32,000 nt of DNA from Erysipelothrix inopinata (GCF_014396165.1 NZ_CP060715.1:1050001-1082000); one strand, 5' to 3'. Positions 15,490-23,629 are shown, counted from the first letter of the stretch. The notes: generated from the sequence alone by a model not told the origin. Made by a program: numbers and translations.

Positions 15490-18054
15490 TTGAGTGAGGA
15501 ACCCCAAAATATAATCATATTATTACAGGAGTTTAACGGTTATTATTCTGAGGATTTGATTGAAGATCCAATATTAACAATAAAAACTTTCATACTAATG
15601 ATTCGTAAAATTACGAATCATTCAATTAATGAAGAATACCAGAGTGATCTTGATAAGGAGATTATTAATGCTTATTCAAATATCGAAAATATACCGATAA
15701 ATGATCCAATTAATATCGAGACCAAACTTTTTTCTTTCATTAAAAAAGTTAATAATCTTGATGGGAATATAAACGCGTTAGAACAACTATCTACAGATAT
15801 ATCAAAGTTTTCATTAGAGCTGGATGGTATTAATAGAATTTTCACTGTGAGAAATAATGAAAATAAATTAGTTTTTCCTTTGGGAAATATAATGAAGTAT
15901 GTTTTGGAATCTGACTTAGAAAAATTCACTAGAATGGGTGAAAAAGAAATTGGAATTATTTTGCTTTCTCTAAGCATTTTTCGAGACACAGAGAAATATA
16001 AAGAGAATGTTGCAGAACTTAATAAATTATTAAAATCCTGTAATATTGTGCTCTTTGACTACATTTCGGAAGCTGATCGTGATGAAAATTTTGTGAAAAA
16101 TTTAGTTGATAATGGATTAATTGTAATTTCGGCAAAATCAAAAAATAAGATTTATATCAGAACAACAAAAAGTAAGGACTATTTTGATGGCGGTGATCAT
16201 TATGTTCAATCAGAAACTAATATCAAGGGTGAGGAAATTGCTTGGTTTGTTATAAAAGAAATTAATAATTATGAATTTAAATCAGGGAATGATATTATAA
16301 AAGAAAGAAATCCAAAACAAATACTTAGATTACTTGATTTTGTAATAGGTGATTTACATTATAATGTATTTGCAAAAGATGCTTTTTACTTCTGCAATCA
16401 GGAGTTGTTTATTACTAATGATTTTACATTTAGAGATGAGGTTATTATTTTTGATAAAAAATCTCATCGAATGAATTCATCAGATGTTGTGTATAAATTA
16501 ATAGAAAACTATAGACTACAATTTTTTTACGATAATCTTTCATCATTTAATAATGTTACTTTAGGATTTATCGCCGAATTGATTTTGAAATGTGGAATTT
16601 GCACAGATGATTTATTGGATTTAACTAACGAAAATGATACGGTCGGGCTTCAAGAACGTATCCTCACTAACTACATAGACAGTGGAGAAATTTCGCTGAT
16701 AAATCTTGTAGATTTTCTGACTATATGGTTAGCAGATTTAGAGTATACTGCAGAAAAAAATAACTTTAAAAGTAAACATGTTAAAGATTTAAAAGGATTT
16801 TATCCAATACAGTTTTCTGATAATTTCTATTCCGTAGTTACTTTTGCTTATATTGAAAATTTTGATTTTTTAAGTTTGCAAAGGCAAAGAGATGTTTTCT
16901 CGATAGAAAAATCTGATACACCAATCAATTACAATGATAATCGATTAGGCTTCTTAGATAGAGATGGGAATATTTATAATGATAATGGTGAAAGTAAAGA
17001 TATTACATATAGCTACTACCTAGAGATTGGAGATGAAAAAATCGTTAATGAGGATATAGATCAACTTGGAAAATTATTCAGAAAAATAAGTATTGAAAGT
17101 GCTTGCTATGTTCCGTTAGGCATTTTTCTAAGTTTGAATAAAGTCGGTATTGATCAGATTCTAAAAATTATGGATTTACAAAAATCTGGACTGTGTTTCG
17201 ATTTTGACACTACGATTTGCGAGTCAATATATTTCTTCAGGCTTGTTAATCACTTAGTATATTACGAAATTTATGATCAAGAATCTGTAGAAGCATTTGT
17301 AAAGTTAATAAGCGTTTGTCATGATATTATCGATTTTAATGTAATACTGTCAAAACATATTAAGAATTTAGATAAAAATTGCTTATTACTAACAAAAGAC
17401 CATTTAGGAAATGACTCAACAGCTCAAATGGCTATTAAAGATTACTGTACTAAGCCAAATCAAAGAAACAATTTAATAGGATTTTCTCAAACAATTTCAC
17501 TAAAAAAAGAGAATAATAGTTATAACTTCAATAGTAAGGATTCAAAAATAAACAGAATAGAGATTGTGTTTGATTTGACTCAATCAGGAAAAAGCACTCT
17601 TGAGACATTAAACCACTATATGGTTGATGAAATTAGCGATGGATTCAGGCCTAGAATTATTTGTGAAGATAACTATGTTTTGGTTACTGATATTTGCTGT
17701 TTAAATGAGTGTCCTTTAATTATTGAAGTATTTGCTGGGAGTGTAGATTCAAAAGAAAAAATAGAAACTTTTATGAATGGTTTTTCAATCTCTAATTGGG
17801 AAGTGAATTATTTAACAATGATAAGTAAAATTGTAGATGATAACTTTGTGAATTTGTGGAAGACTGCATATCCTAAAGTAACATCAATGTACGGTGATAT
17901 CGGACATGATAATAGAAATGGACTACTTAAAATTGGCAATTTTCCAGTAATTAGAGAGTATAACCAGCCTAAGATGAATATCTATGCTAATGATGAAATG
18001 AATTCAAATCAAATATTCAACATATTAATTAAGAAGAAAGAATTACAATACTAG
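15490..18054 (+). CDS. Large (854 aa) uncharacterised protein, probable partner or effector of the PrimPol-RT
   Basis: This long uninterrupted ORF is in the same orientation, 28 nt after the RT stop, with the same extreme AT bias. The start is uncertain: TTG at 15490 is the first canonical start, neither it nor the first ATG at 15598 has an SD, and the frame is open from 15451. I recognise no family. There is only one weak motif hint: IEIVFDLTQSGKSTLE (aa 690-705) resembles a PRTase PRPP-binding loop. Confidence 0.7.
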   Translation: MSEEPQNIIILLQEFNGYYSEDLIEDPILTIKTFILMIRKITNHSINEEYQSDLDKEIINAYSNIENIPINDPINIETKLFSFIKKVNNLDGNINALEQLSTDISKFSLELDGINRIFTVRNNENKLVFPLGNIMKYVLESDLEKFTRMGEKEIGIILLSLSIFRDTEKYKENVAELNKLLKSCNIVLFDYISEADRDENFVKNLVDNGLIVISAKSKNKIYIRTTKSKDYFDGGDHYVQSETNIKGEEIAWFVIKEINNYEFKSGNDIIKERNPKQILRLLDFVIGDLHYNVFAKDAFYFCNQELFITNDFTFRDEVIIFDKKSHRMNSSDVVYKLIENYRLQFFYDNLSSFNNVTLGFIAELILKCGICTDDLLDLTNENDTVGLQERILTNYIDSGEISLINLVDFLTIWLADLEYTAEKNNFKSKHVKDLKGFYPIQFSDNFYSVVTFAYIENFDFLSLQRQRDVFSIEKSDTPINYNDNRLGFLDRDGNIYNDNGESKDITYSYYLEIGDEKIVNEDIDQLGKLFRKISIESACYVPLGIFLSLNKVGIDQILKIMDLQKSGLCFDFDTTICESIYFFRLVNHLVYYEIYDQESVEAFVKLISVCHDIIDFNVILSKHIKNLDKNCLLLTKDHLGNDSTAQMAIKDYCTKPNQRNNLIGFSQTISLKKENNSYNFNSKDSKINRIEIVFDLTQSGKSTLETLNHYMVDEISDGFRPRIICEDNYVLVTDICCLNECPLIIEVFAGSVDSKEKIETFMNGFSISNWEVNYLTMISKIVDDNFVNLWKTAYPKVTSMYGDIGHDNRNGLLKIGNFPVIREYNQPKMNIYANDEMNSNQIFNILIKKKELQY

Positions 18055-18157
18055 TACGGAGAAAACAGACTAATACCGCCTAACAGAAAGAACATAAATG
18101 ATTTAATTAGCAATTTCTACCGAGTAGATCTAATATTTTATTTTTCAGTAAGAGTGT

Positions 18158-18290
18158 TTAATAATGGTAGTAGGATTACCGCCAACCACTGGTTAATCAG
18201 GGATCTCTCTCACACGACATTTCTGGTAGTAATTATGGTTACACCTTTAATAATTTCCTCAATTACCCCGCTTTTAGCTCTTAAAAATAT
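18158..18290 (-). pseudogene. Remnant of the C-terminus of a hexapeptide-repeat (LbH) acetyltransferase
   Basis: The minus-strand translation gives RAKSGVIEEIIKGVTIITTRNVV* and, after a frame change, VREIPD*PVVGGNPTTIIKHSY*. This resembles the ..V.KDIP..VV.GNPAK.I. tail of such enzymes, interrupted by stops. Confidence 0.35.
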
Positions 18291-18529
18291 TACATTGAAC
18301 TGTCCAACTTTGAAATTCTAAATAATGATACGATATAGAAAAGGATAAACTAAATAAGACAAGAAGGAAAGTAGGGAAATCTACTCTAAATAATTATAAG
18401 TATCATCTTCGATTTAAGTACAAATAATTAGAACTATGAGCCTACCCACTTACGATTGATTGTTCAACCATGATTCGCTTAGATGACAGTCAATGTGCGT
18501 CCCATCCATTCTCGGAAAGAGTGTGACGT

Positions 18530-18850
18530 ATGAGAGTCATACGTAATATTTGTTGTGGAATGGATGCATGCAAGAATATCATCGTTGCAGCGATTGTGAA
18601 CGTTAATCACGGTGGTATTTCAACGTTAATTCGAAGAAGCTTCTCAATATATAATAATGAGTCGATAGACCTTTGCGTGCGGAGCTTATTGAAAATCAAT
18701 GTACACAAGTCTGTATGGAATCGAACGGTGAACATTGGATTAAAAATTTCAATATCTTTGAGTCTGATATTGAAGTTTTTCTAACTTCGCCCAAATATGT
18801 TTAATGCAATAAAAGTGAAAAAAACTGACATAAAACATTGATAAGCTCCC
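18530..18850 (+). pseudogene. N-terminal remnant of an IS110-family transposase
   Basis: CGMDACKNIIVAAIV...RRSFSIYNNESIDLCVRSLLKINVHKSVWNRTVNIGLKISISL followed by SPKYV*CNKSEKN*HK. Compare the IS110 pattern GIDV.K..I.VAI...R.F.T....L..L..WL....C..V.MESTG.YW.P..N.LE......L..P..VKAIKG.KTDK.D. It is degenerate and truncated. Confidence 0.55.
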
Positions 18851-18911
18851 CTTAAAGAAGACACCCGAAATGAATTAAAACAGGCACTTCAAAAAGTGAG
18901 TAGTTTTTTCA

Positions 18912-19047
18912 ATGGTTGGAAGCAATAAATATCCAGAAGAAGTAAAAGAACAGGTTGTTAAAGAATACTTGAACGGAATAAAAAGAATAAAAGAAATAGC
19001 TGAAGAAATGAGAAAGAGGATTGATTTGATCCATTTACTGATATAAT
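18912..19047 (+). pseudogene. Fragment of an IS3-like transposase OrfA (HTH part only)
   Basis: MVGSNKYPEEVKEQVVKEYLNGIKRIKEIAEEMRKRIDLIHLLI* fits the pattern M..R.KYS.EFK..VV..YL.G.S...IA.EY.I. It is truncated after about 45 codons. Confidence 0.45.
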
Positions 19048-19217
19048 GCATTTCACACAAAAAATTTACACTTGACTAATCATTTTTACCACTATTTTTG
19101 ATCAGGTCTTAATTTGATTTTCACTTAAAGCAAAAAAAAGTAAAAGCTTCATAAACTATTATATATTTAGTTTTAGTGATTAAGGTTTGGGTCAAGGTAT
19201 GAAGTATTGGTTGAAAT

Positions 19218-19226
19218 TGCTATAAT
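19218..19226 (+). promoter_or_regulatory. Extended -10 promoter element (TGcTATAAT) for the helicase/GmrSD transcription unit
   Basis: tgcTATAAT ends 29 nt upstream of ATG 19256 (SD AGAGGA). I found no good -35. Confidence 0.45.
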
Positions 19227-19255
19227 TGGATTGTATGTAAGAAAAGAGGATTGTA

Positions 19256-20680
19256 ATGAATACTTTAACAAATAGTCAACAAATTGCATTTAATGAAATG
19301 ATGGAGAAGAATAATGTGTTTATTACTGGTGAAGCGGGAACCGGTAAATCTTTCTTAATTAACAAGTTTGTTGAAGAGTGTGAAGCAATAAATAGAAAAG
19401 TATTGTTGGTTGCTCCAACAGGAATTGCAGCACTTAATATTGGCGGTTCAACAATTCACTCACAATTTAATGTACCACATCACCCACTGGTCGGAAGTGA
19501 GAAAATGAAAATAAACAATTCATTAAAAAAAGCAGATGTAGTAGTTATTGACGAAATTTCAATGTGTAGAATTGATTTGTTTGAGTTTGTAATTAAAATG
19601 ATTTTTGAAGCTGAGGCACAATCAGGAATTAGGAAACAAATCATTACTGTTGGAGACTTTTTTCAATTATCTCCAATTACAACGAGAGAAAATAAAGGAA
19701 TACTTAAGGATCACTATCCAAATTTTGTTAACGGATACGCATTTGAATCAGATATTTGGACCACGCTCAACTTCCAAACAGTTTATCTTAAAGAAATAAT
19801 GCGCCAAGATGATTCGGAATTTATAAACAAGCTGAACTCTGCGAGAATAGGAAATAAAGAGTGTATTCCCTATTTCAATAATCTCGTAGGTAAGCCAGAC
19901 AATGAAGGAATATTTTTGTTTGGAACAAATAATGATGTAAACAAGGTTAACCAAAAAAAATTAGATGAATTACCTGGTAAATCAAAAATTTATAAAGCTG
20001 AAATAGAAGGTGATATAACTGAAGCAAACGTACTAGCAGTTAAAGTTTTGGAATTAAAAGTGGGAGCTAGGATTATGATGCTAGTTAATGATATACAGGG
20101 TTTCAAATATAAAAATGGATCTCTTGGAGTGGTGAAAAAGTTAGAAAAGAATCAAATACTAGTAACAATTGACGGCGATGATGACGTAATTTCGATTGAC
20201 GTTCATGAATTTAACAACTCCATATATGAATACGTTGAAAAAGAAAACGAGTACGGAGAGTTAGAGGGGAAAATGGAAACTAATATAATAGGCACATTCA
20301 CTCAATTTCCTCTAAAGTTAGCTTACGCGATTACTGTTCATAAATCACAAGGACAAACTTTCGATAAGATAAATTTATCGCCGGATTTCTTTAATCCTGG
20401 ACAAATGTACGTTGCTCTGAGTCGTGTTAAAAGTGTAGACGGATTAACATTGATCAAATCAATTAGCCCATCAAATATGAAGCATGATCCAAGGGTTAGT
20501 GATTTTTATAATCTAGAAGTAGAAATGAGCAAAAGAGAAAAAGAAGTTGTTTCAAGTTTAGGATTAAGATTATTAAACCTAGACGAAAAAGATATATTAT
20601 CTAATCCTCAGATTGTTATAGAACAAATCAAAAAGGCTAAGAGAAAGCTGAATTTTGAAAAAGATGCCATCGTGGAATAA
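19256..20680 (+). CDS. Pif1/RecD-like SF1B DNA helicase
   Basis: Motifs read: Walker A ITGEAGTGKSFLI, LLVAPTGIAA, Walker B VVVIDEISM, VGDFFQLSPI, YAITVHKSQGQTFD (motif V/VI region), and YVALSRVKS. Confidence 0.85.
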   Translation: MNTLTNSQQIAFNEMMEKNNVFITGEAGTGKSFLINKFVEECEAINRKVLLVAPTGIAALNIGGSTIHSQFNVPHHPLVGSEKMKINNSLKKADVVVIDEISMCRIDLFEFVIKMIFEAEAQSGIRKQIITVGDFFQLSPITTRENKGILKDHYPNFVNGYAFESDIWTTLNFQTVYLKEIMRQDDSEFINKLNSARIGNKECIPYFNNLVGKPDNEGIFLFGTNNDVNKVNQKKLDELPGKSKIYKAEIEGDITEANVLAVKVLELKVGARIMMLVNDIQGFKYKNGSLGVVKKLEKNQILVTIDGDDDVISIDVHEFNNSIYEYVEKENEYGELEGKMETNIIGTFTQFPLKLAYAITVHKSQGQTFDKINLSPDFFNPGQMYVALSRVKSVDGLTLIKSISPSNMKHDPRVSDFYNLEVEMSKREKEVVSSLGLRLLNLDEKDILSNPQIVIEQIKKAKRKLNFEKDAIVE

Positions 20681-20753
20681 TTTATCTTTGACTTAATCGA
20701 CACTTTAGATGAGCATAGTTGCTAACTGACTATGTATAGAAAGGAATTAAAGA

Positions 20754-21266
20754 ATGACAAATGAATTGCAACCACTATCATTGTTATTTCAAAATAGATT
20801 ATTTCGTATACCGGATTACCAACGAGGGTATGCATGGCAGCAATCTCAATTAATTGATTTCTGGGATGACGTTACTAATCTTCAGAAAGAACGATACCAC
20901 TACATTGGATTATTATCTCTAAAGGAACTTGAAAAAAAGGAAATAGAGACATGGGGCAGCGACATATGGATGGTTGAAGTAGGCTTTACAGCATGCCATG
21001 TAGTGGATGGTCAACAACGTCTCACTACATTTATAATATTACTAAATGAACTCATAGAAATAGCAAAATTAAATAACCCCGATAAGTCCGAAGAAGATAT
21101 CGTCCTAGGATTTGAGACCTTAAAAGATATTAAAAAAAAGTATATTTGTCGTCACCGACCACCAAATAATCAGATAACCACCTATCTTTTTGGTTATGAG
21201 GTAGATAATCCTAGTTCGGATTATTTGAAATATAGAATATTTGGTGAACCATATTCTGGGGCGTAA
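20754..21266 (+). CDS. GmrSD-like type IV restriction enzyme, N-terminal fragment (first part of the DUF262 domain), cut off by a frameshift
   Basis: FRIPDYQRGYAWQQSQLIDFWDD and VVDGQQRLTTF are the DUF262 (ParB/Srx-like NTPase) signature motifs. The ORF stops at 21264-21266, while the -1 frame continues without a stop into the next ORF. Confidence 0.8.
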   Translation: MTNELQPLSLLFQNRLFRIPDYQRGYAWQQSQLIDFWDDVTNLQKERYHYIGLLSLKELEKKEIETWGSDIWMVEVGFTACHVVDGQQRLTTFIILLNELIEIAKLNNPDKSEEDIVLGFETLKDIKKKYICRHRPPNNQITTYLFGYEVDNPSSDYLKYRIFGEPYSGA

Positions 21267-21292
21267 ATGAAACGTATTATACGAAAAATTTA

Positions 21293-23563
21293 ATGAATGC
21301 AAAAAAATTCTTTAATGAAAACTTAGTTGAGCTTTATAAGAATGAAGGTATTAAAGGATTTAATGAACTTTATTCAAAAGTTACGAAGAAGTTGATGTTT
21401 AACATTCATGTTATTGATGATGAATATGATGTTTTCGTAGCTTTTGAAACAATGAATAACCGAGGGAAAAAACTCACAAATTTAGAACTTTTAAAAAATA
21501 GACTTATATATCTTACCACCCTATATCCAGATGATTTTTTTGATGAACTCGATAAAATCGATTTACGTAAGCAAATTAACAATGCATGGAAAGAAGTGTA
21601 TTATCAGCTAGGAAGAAATGAAAAAAATGCCCTGTCGGATGATGAATTTCTGAGAGCACATTGGATCTGTTATTTTTCCTATTCTCGTAAAAAAGGTGAT
21701 GACTACATTAATTTTCTCTTAAATAAATTTTCTTCAAAAAAAATATTTGAAATGAAAATAGTAGATTCAAATGATTTTGAGGATTCGTTTTCTGGATTTA
21801 CTTATGATGATGAAGAAACAATAATTGAAAATGATGACTTGGAAACACTTGAACTATCAAAACTTACACCTAATGAGATTGATTCTTATGTCAATAGTCT
21901 AAAGGATTTGTCGATGTACTGGTATGATACATACTTTCCTAATGAGAGCACGAATCTTACACCTTATGAAAGAACATGGGTGGATAAATTAAATAGAATC
22001 GGTATTGTGTATTTTAGACCGCTAGTAATGGTAATTATTAGCAAGAGAGACTTAACCGAGGAACAACGAATTCATGCATTTCGAACAATTGAAAGATTCA
22101 TTTTTATCTGCTTCAGAATTGGCTCAAACCAAGCAACATTCAGAAGTAGTGAATTTAATCGATTAACAAAAAAATTATACTGGAATGAAATAGATTTAGA
22201 TGTGGTAATTAATGAAATCGAAGCGACAACTAATGCTAATACGGACTATGCTCTACAAAACTATGTAACGAAAATTGAGAAAAACTTTGACAGTAAACTA
22301 GGTTACTATGGATGGAATACTGTTCGATACTTCTTGTATGAATATGAAATAAGTTTGGCGAAGAAAAATAATATCGAAAAACTGGATTGGAATCTATTTA
22401 CAAGAAGTGAAAGGGACAAGGTTTCCATAGAACATATACTTCCGCAAAAACCATCAAAATACTATTGGAGAAACACTTATAGACAATTTGATTCTGATGA
22501 GATAATATCGCTGTCAGGATCTCTTGGAAACTTGCTCCCACTTTCACAAAGCATAAACTCATCCCTACAAAACGATAGCTTTGAAGATAAAAAAATATCA
22601 AAGCTAGATGGTAGACGAGGTTATGAGAATGGCTCTCATTCTGAAATAGAGGTTTCTAAATATGAGGATTGGACTGCGGAAATTATTTATCAAAGAAGCA
22701 TTAAACTCTTGAATTTCATGGAAAAGCGATGGAAATTTAGCTTTAGTGCTGATCAATTTAAGAGGCTTGTCTACGTTTCATTTGTGCGCGATGGAAGAGA
22801 AATACCTAAAGACCTTCTTAAAGAAAAGGTGCTAGAAGAAAACTCAAAATCGTACACGGATCTAGATAATTTTTCTTCGAATGAATTAGGAAATAAACAG
22901 CTTTCTTTTTGGATTGATTTTATTAATTATTGTAAAAGTATAGGTAGAGATAATCTCGTTAACAGAAAACCGTTTGCACAAAACTGGTATGATATAACAG
23001 TTCCCAATGCACAATTTCATTTATCTTTTACAATTACAAGTAGTAAATACATCACACTTCTGATATATGCATATGATCTAGACATGTTTGTTAAACTAGA
23101 GGAACGAAAAGATGAAATTGAATACCATTTTGGAGATAAACTGAACTGGTATTCATCGAGAACCGGTAGTACCGCTAAAAGAATTCTATACAAACAAGAA
23201 TACGATATTTTTAATCCATCAAAAAAACAAGAAATATTTGATTGGATGATTAAAAAGTATGACTTAATCTATAATGCACTTATTGAGGTGGAATTAATAA
23301 ATGCAGGAGATTCACCTGAAAGTCGATTCTCTTTTCTGAAACAATACCTACAAGAGAAAAACGATGAGATTATTATATTATCGTTCAGTCAAATTGAAGA
23401 AATTATCAATTCTAAACTTTGTGATTCTGCTTATAATTACAACGCATATTGGAAATGTTCTAAGACGCATGTTTTACCTAATTTAATATTTGAGAGCGGC
23501 TACGATATAAGCAATATAAGTTTAATTGATGAGAAAATAGTTTTAAAGAAGCGAATACAATAA
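21293..23563 (+). CDS. GmrSD-like type IV restriction enzyme, main fragment: rest of DUF262, DUF1524 His-Me nuclease, DUF4268-like domain and a small C-terminal domain
   Basis: FETMNNRGKKLTNLELLKNRL is the end of DUF262. VSIEHILPQKP...GNLLPLSQSINSSLQNDSFEDKK is the DUF1524 HNH-like motif. NWYDITVPNAQFHLSFTI...LNWYSSRTGSTAKRI is DUF4268-like. The frame is open upstream to 21248 and reads GVNETYYTKNL before the annotated Met. Confidence 0.8.
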   Translation: MNAKKFFNENLVELYKNEGIKGFNELYSKVTKKLMFNIHVIDDEYDVFVAFETMNNRGKKLTNLELLKNRLIYLTTLYPDDFFDELDKIDLRKQINNAWKEVYYQLGRNEKNALSDDEFLRAHWICYFSYSRKKGDDYINFLLNKFSSKKIFEMKIVDSNDFEDSFSGFTYDDEETIIENDDLETLELSKLTPNEIDSYVNSLKDLSMYWYDTYFPNESTNLTPYERTWVDKLNRIGIVYFRPLVMVIISKRDLTEEQRIHAFRTIERFIFICFRIGSNQATFRSSEFNRLTKKLYWNEIDLDVVINEIEATTNANTDYALQNYVTKIEKNFDSKLGYYGWNTVRYFLYEYEISLAKKNNIEKLDWNLFTRSERDKVSIEHILPQKPSKYYWRNTYRQFDSDEIISLSGSLGNLLPLSQSINSSLQNDSFEDKKISKLDGRRGYENGSHSEIEVSKYEDWTAEIIYQRSIKLLNFMEKRWKFSFSADQFKRLVYVSFVRDGREIPKDLLKEKVLEENSKSYTDLDNFSSNELGNKQLSFWIDFINYCKSIGRDNLVNRKPFAQNWYDITVPNAQFHLSFTITSSKYITLLIYAYDLDMFVKLEERKDEIEYHFGDKLNWYSSRTGSTAKRILYKQEYDIFNPSKKQEIFDWMIKKYDLIYNALIEVELINAGDSPESRFSFLKQYLQEKNDEIIILSFSQIEEIINSKLCDSAYNYNAYWKCSKTHVLPNLIFESGYDISNISLIDEKIVLKKRIQ

Positions 23564-23600
23564 TTGTGTTTATCACTACGTGGAAAAAATGATGCATAAA

Positions 23601-23629
23601 TTGGATATTATACTAAAATAGATTACAAT
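23601..23629 (+). promoter_or_regulatory. Sigma-A type promoter (TTGGAT, 17-nt spacer, TACAAT)
   Basis: TTGGAT at 23601-23606, an exact 17-nt spacer, and TACAAT at 23624-23629. It lies about 45 nt upstream of the zinc-ribbon ORF. Confidence 0.5.

Noticed and set aside
15604-15621. RKITNH (Rx4H) in the partner protein as a HEPN RNase motif, and CHDIID (aa 610-615) as an HD phosphohydrolase motif
   Set aside because: The Rx4H lies only about 40 aa from the N-terminus, too early for a HEPN fold, and it lacks the usual polar residue after the R. The H...HD spacing is atypical and no other HD-domain residues were identified. In an 854-aa AT-rich protein, such short matches are expected by chance.
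17575-17598. SGKST in the 854-aa protein as a Walker A (P-loop NTPase) motif
   Set aside because: The motif lacks the upstream glycine of GxxxxGK[ST], since the sequence is DLTQSGKST. It lies near the C-terminus, and no Walker B follows in the expected position. A PRPP-loop-like reading is slightly better, but it is also weak.
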